A stretch of DNA of 63,929 bases, the filler included, from Choristocarpus tenellus KU-1152 (Eukaryota; Protista; Phaeophyceae): NCBI GenBank assembly GCA_964200185.2. It is 12 parts of 12 records of this genome, joined end to end, with 100 filler letters (N's around TTAATTAATTAA, not from the genome) between each part and the next. Parts side by side here need not be neighbours in the genome. Positions count along the whole stretch, not along the records: positions 52,314 to 55,322 come from CAXNAD020022966.1; positions 55,423 to 58,976 come from CAXNAD020019298.1; positions 59,077 to 63,929 come from CAXNAD020012791.1; 9 more parts are not named here. One strand, 5' to 3'. The notes beneath the pieces were generated by a model. That model saw only the letters and a list, made by a program, of their open reading frames with translations. It did not search any database and was not told the origin of the DNA. Of this stretch, positions 52,353 through 63,929 are shown in pieces. How positions within the stretch are numbered: position 1 is the first letter of the stretch; every line of letters begins with the position of its first letter. A program made the translations under genes and the position numbers.

Positions 52353-53350
52353 TGGAATGATCGTAGATCAGTGACTGGCAGAGCAATAATGTTTGCAGGA
52401 GGAGCAATATCTTCTATGTCAACAGTACAAAGAGTTGTGTAGCTAAGTCTTCTACGGAGATTGAATACATAGCTCTTAGCAATGCGGTACAGCAATTACT
52501 TTTCTTGATAAGTGTTTTTGAGTTTATTCAACCACAGTTTCCTAGGCGTTGCATTGAATTGATTGAGGACAACAATGGTGCATGCAAGCTAGTAAGAAAT
52601 GCCACTAGCTTTACTAGAACAAAGCAAATTGATGTCCTACACCATTTTCTGAAGGGACTCATCTAGAAAAGGAGAGGTTCGTTTTGTTTCTGTTGGTGCT
52701 GCAAATAAGAGGGCAGATGTATTGACCAAGAATTCGCCAGTTCAAGTTTTTAGACAGCACGTGAAGGCTTTGATGAACATGTATGGTAACATGTGTATAG
52801 TATTATCTTTTGTTAATGCGATGGTTTGAGAGTTAATACTTGTTTTCAGCAAGGGGAGGATGTTGGGAGGCTTTTTTCTCTGTGACCGTTGTAGAGCCTG
52901 CCAAGACTCTGTCTGTCACAGATGATGGTTCAGCCCTAACCCTAAGTTCAACCCCAGGTGTTGACGCCCTGCCTTGCTCAACCTTCGGGAAAGAACGGTG
53001 GGGTCATGAGTAACGCCAAGGTCTTGTTGCTAATTTCTTCCCAATCAGGTATTTCAATGACTCGTGTGCTTCAGCAGAGAGAGTGGGTAACCTTGCCTTT
53101 CTTCAAATGGTGATTAATGTACAGAAAACATATATATATATATATTCTGAATTGCTATTTTGTGTTCATCTCAATCTCGCCCAATCAAAAGCTCTGACAG
53201 TTCTGCCCCCAAAAGGCAAGACAACTCTTCAGCACGTCAAAAGAAAAAAATATATAGAGAGAGATCATACTATATGATCCAAACATAACAGATCACTGTC
53301 GATCAAGACTCTGAAAACTTCCATTCCTTCACCTCTACTCAGAACCAACA
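52353..53350 (+). mobile_element. Ty1/copia 3' end: RNase H remnant, PPT and 3' LTR (52861-53350)
   Basis: DRRSVTG..AGGAIS, EDNNGA..RTKQIDVLHHF, ADVLTK; PPT AAGGGGAGGA at 52851-52860; candidate LTR TGTTGG...CCAACA. Confidence 0.85.
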
Positions 53351-53409
53351 CACACAGCACATCCCACACACCCCACTAATAAACTGACATAGTCACCGGC
53401 AAGGAACTG

Positions 53410-53610
53410 TATGACCATCCACCACCATGGCTGTTCTCTATCCTCTCATTGCCATCGCCCTTTGTGGTCTGCGCTACAGGGCAGTCATCCACAACTCCGG
53501 GGCGGTGTCCATCACCATACAGATGTGGTGCATTCACATACACCAACTCTGTTATTGGACGCAGTCTTTTCCACAGCTGATGCATCCACCGAGCAAATAT
53601 CCTTGGTTGT
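53410..53610 (-). pseudogene. Possible FSH1/OVCA2-type serine hydrolase fragment
   Basis: IFARWMHQLWKRLRPITELVYVNAPH resembles FxxKxxxLRKxLxxxxELVFxDAPH; WW motif follows in a shifted frame. Confidence 0.35.
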
Positions 53611-56600
53611 ATCTTTTTGTGTGGGTTAGATGTGTTAGGACAGGGAGGTGAAATTTTCAATCTAGACATTAGAGCAAGGCAGAAGAGAGATCTCATGGTC
53701 GTGACAATTGGGTCCACCGCTGGAGGCGTATGGGTGGGCGGTTTGGGTGACTTGGGCATGTTCGTGATGCTTCACAAATGTAAACGCCACCGTGAGAGAA
53801 GACAGACCCCCCACGGGCACTGAGACACAATGCAAGTGACCCTAGTGATAAAATTCAGCCCCACACACAAAATGTGGATGTGTTGCCAATGATTGAGATG
53901 ACAATTTGTGAGTGAAGAAGATATTCTTGTTTGTCAACAATAAGGAAGAAAAAAGACGTATTGCGCAGCTTGTTCCCCCTCTCTCTTGACTTTCAGAATG
54001 AAGACTTGTATCACTCAACGTTCTGTGAGGTGGAGTAGGTAGCATCCGTAACACATGGGAGGTGTGTAGTCTACAATGCTACATAACTTGATGGTGTCCA
54101 TCAAGGGGAGATATACTCAAGGGATAAATCTATAGCTAAAACATAGTCTTTCCAAAAGAGACCAACAACGTCAATAACACTAGACAGTTAAGCATGCCTC
54201 TAAAGTTGGAAAGCCTCGCATATACAAGGGACTCAACTATACACCTTGATTGTGACTTGAGCATTAACAGCCAAACATATTTCCAGTCATAAACAGACAC
54301 GCAGTTTGAGATATGCATGCCTTGTGTGGGCATTCTTAACCTGCATGGATCCAGATCTTAACAACTAGAGGAATGCTTAACAACACAAGAATCAATACAG
54401 GGGCAAGGTGAGGCTACTAATAGAAAGCCTGACTTGGCACACTTGCACCTGCCTTCAAAGCGGTGAAAAGGACATCTACACAGACTTATGTACATTTCTC
54501 ATGATCCAACAATAATATACACAAGTGGTAGGCCATCAATATTTTGTCCCTCAAGCCTGTCTCTGGTTTTGTAACCCTACCCTTCCCGCTTCTTAAAGGA
54601 TGATTTAACCCCTCTCTTGCTGGAGGGAGTCTTGGTCCCCTTCCCCCCTCCTAGAAAGTTTCCTTCATTCTATTCAAAGCAATCCCAAGGCTTTTTGTAC
54701 AAGGTTCTCCACAAAACATTGCAATGTGGGTTTTCACCAAGACTATCAGTGTGTTCCTTACCAGCATTTCATACCTCAATAAGAACACCCTTCCTCAACA
54801 CAATTTGTTTGCTTCATTCTTGATGCTCATCAACTGTGGGTGGATAATACTCCTACCCTATCAAAACCTATGCCGCATCAAGGTATTTTGTTCAAGCAAT
54901 AGTAGGGGTGTGTGTTTCCTAACACAAGTACAGCTATTCCCCTAGATAAGTATGGGTCAAGGGCACAGTATTCCATTCTCACAGGGTATTCTGCAGTCCA
55001 TAACCATGGCCAAAGTGGAGCAGACTCAAAACAGAAAAAAAATAAGAAAGTCTAACCTGTAAAGTCCCTGCCCATGGTGTCAAATACATTTCCCTTGTAT
55101 TGTAGTTGGCAAAACTGGCTGAACACACCCTCCACCTTAGCCTCGGTAGGTCCTACCCCTATAACCAGCATGGTGGAGCTCTGCATGATTTGTCCAACAA
55201 ATTGCCGTCCTATAAAGCACCGGTAGAAGAGCCACAATACCCAAAGCATGTCAGTGAGGAAGGGGGGGCTGTGTGTGTTTTGGGCGGGTGGGACAGGTAC
55301 AACAACTTCTTTTCCTTTGCAANNNNNNNNNNNNNNNNNNNNNNNNNNNNNNNNNNNNNNNNNNNNTTAATTAATTAANNNNNNNNNNNNNNNNNNNNNN
55401 NNNNNNNNNNNNNNNNNNNNNNGAGCAGCACCTCTCTGCAAGTGCTTGGGCTGACTCTCTGATCACATCATGCTTGAGGGGGGTGAAGTGGTACCTGGGA
55501 AGGTTAGAACTGCATGTTACCCAGTACCACTACTAGCATCTCAAAAAGCCATTCATGCTCTCAATGCATGTTGTCATGTTATCCAGTACTTGAATGAAGA
55601 ACTGAACAATTTCGGAGTTGATTTTAATTGGTGCATCCTCTCATTTAGCACTATTCTATTCTCACCAGTAACTGAACTGTGGATGAGGGAGCATTTACTA
55701 TCAAATATGGTAAATAGAACTTAGCAGACCCTATTCCTATTGTTAACCAGGGGGTACAATCAAGGGAAAATATGACACATATCCCTGTGGTATTAACATT
55801 TACCTTCACAGCCTTTCCACCCATGTTTTAATTACAACTATTGTAACAAGTTGTACACCCATCTCTGCAGGTTGCACTTGGTGGGGCGTACATTAGCTCT
55901 CCTTTCAAACATCATGTCCTTGCTTGTATGCAGCTTGGGCTTATTGGTGGCAGCTCTGGTTTGGGTGCTACTTCTTGGTCTGCGATTGCATGCCCTTGCT
56001 CTCAGAGAGGTTGCTGGTAGCGTTCATGTTGCAGCATGCTTCCTCTTTCCATACTTGTTCCGGTTAGTGATGATGTTGATGCTCTGTCGCTCATTTCAAT
56101 GTTGACATGTTTTGACACTATTCAAACCACGGATACTATTCCAATAAAAGTACTCTATCCTCTTGTGGGTTTGCAGTATATGCGTGGATAGCTTCATTAG
56201 TTTAGTAGGAGTGAGCCTACTTGCTTTAATCAGATCAGGAAATAACATCAATACAATCACCTATGGAATCTCTATGAAAACCTTGATCTGGGTCCATGCC
56301 ACCAATCCAAAGTAGCAAGTGCATTCTTGATAAGAACACAAACCACAATTAGTCAAATGAGAACTGAAATTGTAGCTATTTCAAAGCACAGCTATTAATA
56401 GAATCAATTCAAGGATCAAACTGAAAACATTGCTAATAACAGCCAAGGCTCAGCTCAAGCATCAATGTAAGGCATTGAAGAATCAAATCTATTGTTTTAG
56501 TTTGGTGTATGTTCATATTCATCCATGAGAATTGTGTGTGATATATGTCAACCATTATATCCATGTGTAGGTACTTTCTCCATGTGTCAAACGTAAAATC

Positions 56601-58885
56601 AGAGCATGAATGGTGAACATGAATGATCCATAAATAGCTCTTAAAATTGTGATTGTATTCCTGTATATGTTAAAAGTATATATTAAAATTGTATATGTTA
56701 AAATTGTACAACTGGTTCTACAATATATGAAGCAGCGTAAGTGGTGCTGTACATTGAGTCAGACAGTCCTGACTGCGGCCCAGATGCATGTGTTTGTGAA
56801 AGGTCCAGTTCCTAGCACAGAGGTCGGTGAAAGTCCTGGTCTGGACTACAGAGCTCAGTTTCATGTGTGAAGGGTCTGAAGGGTCTGATGGACCACGGTC
56901 CGGTTTAATGTATTTCTGAAGGTCAAGTCCCAAGTTGGCTGAGGTTGATTAGATGTCTGGTCCAGACCAAGTCAGGATTATTCCGGGAGAGACTGACTTC
57001 AATGCTAGGGTTAGGGTTTAGGTTAGTCGGACTTGTCCTGGCATTTGTCATTTTTTTTCAGTTGTGAGTGAGAATCATCTGGAGTTAGCAGTAGTCCACT
57101 CTAACTGATAGTGACTACTTTGCGGTATTACTATTCTCATTCTAATCTTTATGAAGTACCTTATTTTTAATAGTACATATTTTTATCCACCTTGCAGTGT
57201 GATCTTTTGACTATTAATATGTGATATTCTAGTGAGGACTGAGTCAGTCAGGGATGGCACTACCCCAAGCGTTTTGACTGGACTGTTCCAATGTAAAATT
57301 GCCTGAAAAGGTCTGGTCTGGACTGCAGTTCATTTTAGTATGTGAAATATCCAGCTTGCAGGTTGCAGGGGTTTGGTTTGATGGTCCAATCCAAACCACA
57401 GCCTGGTTCGATATTTTTTAGGAAAGTACAGTCAAGTCCCATCTACTATCTCAACAACCTGATTTTTGCAGGCTGCTGGAAATATATCCGTTAGTGAAGG
57501 GGGTTTCGATCAAGAGGTGTGTGGATTATGTAAGTTCTGTATTCCTGAGTTGACTATACTTGGTTGATTGATTTGATCCTTCTTGATCTGACCAAGGTAC
57601 CCTTCTTCGTAACACCCTTCATTGATCACACTAGTAGTGTTCTCATCCCCTCATGCAATGTCTTACATAATATCTTACACGCTGATTATTGTCTGTAGTT
57701 TTGAAACCTTTCTTGCCTGGATTATTTTTGTCCACGATTATCAATTTAGGTATCTGGTATTTATGTTGGATGAATGGGCACCCCATTGGCTTCCAGCTTG
57801 TCTTTGGTACAGCTTCCTAATGCAGGTGTTTTGCACCTCCAATCATTTGTACCTGGTGAGAGATTTACTTAGGGTGAGCAAGTAATAGGATAATATTCAT
57901 GTTCCAAGGATTGGATTGAGTCAAGTCAAATTTGAGCCCTGTTTCTCTGATGTTGATTGGCCTACTTACATTGAATTGTGTTCAGTTTTTTTGTGAAAAA
58001 AGTGGTTCTTAAAATTTTAAAAGATCGAATGGTTCTAAAATCGGATTGATTCTCTGTTGAGTTGTCGAAAAATCATTTTTGCAAGAAATTTGTTGATGAT
58101 TGTGCGAAAATTTATGATGGCAAGGTGAAATTGAAATTGTCATTGTGTAGTCTGCTGACAGTCATATTGGTGCATTAACATGTATACTTCATACTTGTTT
58201 TGTTACTTTTTTCATGATCATGTCCTTGTACCAACACTGATTCTGGCAGCACCCTTTGTCATCACATCTTGTACCAACACTGAGAGTTCTTCTTCCTGTG
58301 GCATTCCTTTGTGAGGTGAGGAAGTCATGATTATCACATCTCATCACAAGTACTCTCAGTGTACTCCTGAAGAAGCAAATGGATATTCAAGACTTGATTG
58401 GATGGGTATACTTGCATATAGTGTACTTTAACAAGTTAAGGTCCGTTTTGGTTACAATTTTTTTTTGAAGAGTGATCACCATGATATCATCCTCTGGTAA
58501 GTTTGTTATTGATTGTTGTTATTGATTGGACTCTCTCTCTGCTTCAGGCGCCATCAAGGCGCAGTCACCTTCTGGACCTTGGAGGTTCGGAGCTGGTTCT
58601 TCTGTCCTTTGCCCTTGCTGCTGTACGCCTTCGTTGCCTCTTCAGCCCCGTATTCATCGTGTCTTGGTCTCTTCAGGCATGTTGAATGTGAAATATTTTG
58701 TACTACCTAATGTTGAACGTTTTCATAAGTGTTGTCCATCTGTGCTTTAGCTCTTGGAGGATGCCTCAGATGAAGGTTGCAATGGCAGATTGAGAATCTT
58801 GAAGATACTTAAGGATAGGAACAAGGCAATTGTTAATTACTTTTTTTACAGTGGTTGCACCTTCCACATGAATTAAGACACCTCG

Positions 58886-58976
58886 GGGTTGAAGTATCTG
58901 GGGGGGGGGGGGGATAGTTCGTGAGGGGGCGCCCGTTTTGGTCAAACTCTTTTTTTTGCTGGTGTTTCAAATCCGA
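58886..58976. mobile_element. MITE family B, left part
   Basis: GGGTTGAAGTATCT(G)n plus interior shared with 37878-37922. Confidence 0.8.
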
Positions 58977-59076
58977 NNNNNNNNNNNNNNNNNNNNNNNN
59001 NNNNNNNNNNNNNNNNNNNNTTAATTAATTAANNNNNNNNNNNNNNNNNNNNNNNNNNNNNNNNNNNNNNNNNNNN

Positions 59077-59095
59077 CCCCCAGATACTTTGACCC
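59077..59095. mobile_element. MITE family B TIR
   Basis: CCCCCAGATACTTTGACCC at contig start; another TIR-like end at 60581-60610. Confidence 0.7.
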
Positions 59096-59359
59096 TCATG
59101 TCCCTTCTGTGGGCCTGGGGTCTGCTGGGTCAGTGTCTCACTGTTGTGGACTTGTGTTGGGTGTATGACAACAATTTTGGAGTATATCATCATTACCTAG
59201 CGGCTTAACTCACAGGCAGCTTTTGGCATTATTGATTGGTGTGGTGCGGTGTAAGGGTCTCATGATTCATTACATACGTAGTGAGAGCATGCAGGCACGC
59301 TGTGGAAGGTAGAGGGTATATTTCTCACTTGCAGCATTGGTTAGGGTTAGGGTTAATAC

Positions 59360-59776
59360 TGTTATAGGCGCCCCTCGATGCCCACCTTTCCAGGATGTAC
59401 AAGTCAAGTCCGATTCAAAGATTATCGAACGTCAGCTCAGCAGGAGAGGGGTACTCTTAATTGATTCAATCAGTATAAAATGTATATAAAGTTTGGCATC
59501 AGTTTTAAGAGTGTCGTGTGTGGGTGTCTCTGTTAGGTCAGAATAACTGAGCCGTTTTGAGCCATTTTTAGAAACTCTAAATCATCATTTTCGTTTTTAA
59601 GGGGGTTTTCGGGATCGTAAATACTGGCACGTGTATCTGAGAACCCTTTCCGACCATCCGTCCGTGACCCTCTGCAACTACCCTAGTTACAGTTTATTCT
59701 GCAACTTTTTAGTAAATCGGAGTTACCCCTTTTGGGGGTTCCCCATGCGTGTATACTGCTCTATTCGCCTCTAACA
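59360..59776 (-). mobile_element. Solo LTR of the gypsy-like family, 417 bp, 4-bp TSD ATAC
   Basis: TGTTATAGGCG...CGCCTCTAACA termini; ATAC on both flanks; homologous to 23439-23805 with a short internal deletion. Confidence 0.9.
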
Positions 59777-60198
59777 ATACTATTCCTTCATCTTCTGTCC
59801 TTCCTATGTGTGTCTTTATTAGAGGGCTATGTGAATATATATTGAATTTTCTCCAAAAAAAGTTCGCTTTTTGTTCATTAAATCAAATTGTACTTGCAGC
59901 ACCAAGCACTGCAAGGCACCATGATCATTTTTTTGAGGTAATTCGCACAAAGAGCTGTGTGCTTTGAATTGTTGTGAGAGTTTTAATTTTGGAGAGGAAA
60001 TTTGCAACTAATTTGACAAGCTTCAATTGTGATACGGATTATTCTTCCATTCAATCAATTGTGGCAATTGAATTACTACAATTTGCAACCATAGGTATTT
60101 TGGAAGGAAAAAAAATAACAAGTAAAACAGAACAAGAGTTTCCCCACTGAAGAGCTTCACCTAATATGATGCCTCTCAACAACTATCACCAAGCTTCA

Positions 60199-60456
60199 GA
60201 GTCAAAGTATCTTGAAGGATAGAGCCGCGTCTGTTTGGGGGCCAAAATACAGTGTTGCGATTTTGATGTAATTTTGGCTATCGTGTTTTTTAGGAAGTGT
60301 CAATATCCTTGCTCCAGACACACCTTTTCATAACGTATACATTTTACCTACTCCGAAACGTTTTGGAGTAGGAAAATGTCATGAAAAACCCGTGGGAAGT
60401 CAAGCCCCAAACGGAAAAACAGGGCAAAACTCGTACCTTCTAAGATACTTTCACTC
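60199..60456 (+). mobile_element. MITE family A, full copy (258 bp)
   Basis: Both TIRs present; flanks TTCA / ATCA. Confidence 0.92.
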
Positions 60457-63400
60457 ATCATTGTGTAATGGTTGTTCTATTAGCATAAAACAACAATTAC
60501 TGACCTCTAGCCATGTGCTGGGTTGGCTATACATGTTCAACTGCATGATCTGCAAATTCATTAATAGCTGCAAAAAAAAACCTCACTCCCCCCCCCAGAT
60601 ACTTTCATCCTATCATATGTTTCATTTTGCAGGTGGTGTGTGAAGTGCTGCTGGTGATATTTCGATGGTGTATTCAACACCTGAGGTCTACAATAGATCC
60701 TCTAGGTTTGCTCATTTGTGTGAATGATGCACTCTCCTCCAAATTCCTTCTTCTATTGCGTATGACAAAACATTGAATGTGAGGTAATGATTTGGACTCA
60801 TCCATAATATGCAAAAAATTGCAGGGCTGAGTATGGTTTCTTCACTTTTCTGCTAGAGACCAGACCTTGGACAAACTTCACACAAATGAAACCTCAATGA
60901 AAGCAGCAGCTGACTCCCTTCGATAATATTTGGGGGGGGAAACGCCTTCCTCTTGAGGTATGACTCTGTTGTAACCAAAACGGAATGCAATTTCATATTG
61001 GATTTTTTGGAGAAATTTGAACATGTCCTCTGAGGAGTGCAGCCTGCGATTTCATTTTCCTTCACCTTCACAATTCAACTGTACTGACTCTCTTCATTAT
61101 TTCAATTCAATCCCACGATATACCTTCAAGAATATACCCTTTCCACACCACAACACTTTTTTTTGCTACTTGGAAATGATCATGCTAGATCTGCAATGTA
61201 TACAGTGCAATTACCACACCCCCTTGGAATTTTTTTTAATCCTATTGTTGTACCAGCATCCTCAGTATTCAAAACCGATATTCTTGCATAGTAGGAAATG
61301 TAGTAGCAATACCTGTCATTTGTTGACGATACCCTCTTAATCAAACATTGTGCAATACATGCATGTGCAAAGCCACTTGTAGAATCAGATGTCACATTTG
61401 ATGGTCTTTATCCCCTCCCAGGTGCATTTCATACTCCAGGGGAGCCCATATTTTTAGTTGGGTTTGATTTCTGTTTAATCAGCAGACAATCTCGTTGGCA
61501 GGAGGGATTGCTATCTAAAGATCTCGCCATATCCTTCACACATTAAGGTCCTCAGGAAAAAATAAATGTCACTATGCCAATGCCTCCCCACAGAAGATTT
61601 CATCACAACGTAAGTGGGAAGAACTGGCTCTATACAAATGCAGCAGGTTTGTAGTCTCTTGAGAATTAGCTGAACTTGTAAGTAACTTTGAGAAATTCAT
61701 GCTGTAACATAGTGGTGGGTCGGTGCTGTCACTTAGCACCCTCATTTCAGGGGAGGATGACTCTAGGTTACTAGATATTGGAGACTAATTTTATTCTTGA
61801 ATATCGGTCTTCAAATGTCACGTATGTGTTGTGTGATGTGAGAGTTGCCTCTATGTGAAATCCCTACACCCCATTCCTAATGGTCTCATTAAATGAACTT
61901 GAAAAAGACATGGTGTCAACACCCATGCCACCACAGGATAAAAATATCTACCTGTCAACAGAGCCCAGCAGTAGTTGCTGTGTGGGGCCGGGTTAGGTAA
62001 GGGCTTGCCTACGGCATACTTTGTGGTACAAGGGCTTATTTGAGCGGATGGGAGAGGTAAGCAATTTTGTTTCACCAGTTGCTATGACTTGTATTTGAGG
62101 GGGTACAATTGAAAATAATTCACACATACCCACCATTCAAGGTTATATGTCCGTTGTCACAAATTGTAATGACTCATTGTGCAAGCAACATATGGTTGGC
62201 AGTTTTTTTGTTGTTGGTATGAGTAACCTCATTAGTCTTTCACACATACTGGTGGTGATTTCAAGAGCTTTTGACCAAGGAAGTAGGGTTAGTTCTTTGC
62301 AGATAGTTGTTTAAGGACTCGAGAGATCTGGAACAGGAGAGGGGCATCTAGAAGGACAAGGTTTCTGACAATGCTTACTCATGGAGAGGATAGTGGTAGA
62401 TGGCACCTTGAGGTCTATTCTTGGGTGGGCATGTGCCATGTCCTAATTACAGAAGCAGTAAGCATTAGAAGGAAATATGCACTGTTTGTTGTACTTATCT
62501 ATAGCAAAAGGGGGTAAATCAAAAAGGAGAAATAAGAAACAACTTGATGTACCAATGAAGGACAACAGCGTGAAATTAAACGTATTGCATTTGTTACACA
62601 CTTTTCAATACCTGAGATAGGACGTAATTAATGTGATTACACCTGCCAGAGAGAGAGAAATACCAGAGTTCAACTGGGTGCATCTATTTGGCAATGTACT
62701 CATCACAAATAGCACAAAAAAAAAAGAGGCAAGAATAATCAGTCCAAAAAACAAGGTACGACGAGAAAAGCAGCTTTCAGTAGGCAGTAAGAGATTGTGT
62801 ATGTGCTCTTATCAACTGAGACTGCCTTTGCTGCTACTTATTATGAGCTATCTAAGATATCGCAGCTTTCCTATAATGCCGCTTGTCCATGAATATCAAT
62901 CTACAGTCAACCACGCACTTGTACCACCTATCCAGGTTTCAGCCCTCAACCATCATCCCAGCTTCTCAACGTTATCTTCCAGGTACATCCACCAGTTAAT
63001 ATCTTGTCCAACTTGCTTCCATTTTCCATCTACATGTTCCTCCGACGTCGAGGCCTTTTCAAAGTGGATCATGCTTGTAATAATCCTGCGAACAGGACTC
63101 TCCATTTTCGCATAAGTTGTCTTTGTACTGTCATACCTAGTTTTCACAAAGACATTTTTGTGGGACTGTGTATGATTGGTGTGCTCCCATTTGCGAAATC
63201 TGATGTAGAGTGTAGAAGAAATACCTGTAAGAGAAGATTTGTGTAGTGAGGCTTGAGGAGTGTCCACGTCAAAAGGGGTGCTTCAAGGCTGATGCACTTC
63301 AGCCTTGAGCATTCAAATTTGAAGTTGAAGTGATACATACACTTGTGATTCTGTCATGAATACTTGGTTGTACACAAATGTACTTCATCCCCTTATATTC

Positions 63401-63909
63401 TTGCAATTGACAGGCTAAGATAAAACCATATATCGGTTGTAACATTAGTTACTTGATGGTCTTACAAAACCGTATAAAAGAAAGATCTGACCAAACCAAC
63501 AGTGCTTCCAGAGTTATCTATGGATGATGACTGCATTAAAAAAAATGTCGCAATTAACATGTTCGAGAGTAGGACAAAAATGGGGTACACCTGACTTAAA
63601 ACAACTGAAACACTGTACATGTCCTTCTCCTCAAGAGTAGTACCCAACCACTAGGTACACATGCTTGACCCTTGTTCTGAACAGCTATTATTCCTGTCTA
63701 TGCTCTAAGACAAAGTCGCTCGACTTGTATGAACACCAGAAAAGCGCCTATCTCGCACAAATATAATGTCCACAAAAAAAAATCTTGCTCTTGTACTTCA
63801 ATCAGATGTGCGTAGTCTTGAAGTTGCCCTAAAATACTGCTTTCTTTGTCACCAAATATCCTTCTTGAGCTTGTTTGTGCAGATATGGAGGGATATTGTG
63901 TTTCGAATT

Positions 63910-63929
63910 GGGTCAAAGCATCTGGGGGG
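63910..63929. mobile_element. MITE family B TIR
   Basis: GGGTCAAAGCATCTGGGGGG at the window end. Confidence 0.7.

Noticed and set aside
55052-55249. hAT dimerisation-like PTEAKVEGVFSQ
   Set aside because: Single weak motif with no supporting context.

Overview
Eukaryotic, repeat-rich genomic DNA. It is not one locus: 12 short contigs are joined by 11 artificial 100-bp linkers (N44-TTAATTAATTAA-N44), so adjacency across linkers is not biological. Long GT-AG introns, interstitial TTAGGG tracts and the style of the copia/gypsy elements suggest a brown alga or close stramenopile relative; this is an inference, not established. Main result: contig 1 carries a five-exon, fully phase-compatible gene (about 3346-10008, +). 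Its product resembles the animal NRF1/EWG/P3A2 transcription-factor family in both the dimerisation segment (which also aligns with the SRF-type MADS core) and the PxxWPxDxPW DNA-binding segment. Other host genes are two exons of an ATRX/ARIP4-like SNF2 helicase and two unknown multi-exon fragments. The rest is a transposon landscape: degenerate copia and gypsy elements (one with a Tudor-like C-terminal remnant), a solo LTR with a 4-bp TSD, LINE, pogo/Tigger and possible hAT/MULE remnants, a group of related MITEs with GRG...CYC termini, and many mini/microsatellites. Old TE remnants are strongly CpG-depleted. All protein similarities were judged by eye against remembered family motifs; no database search was run.
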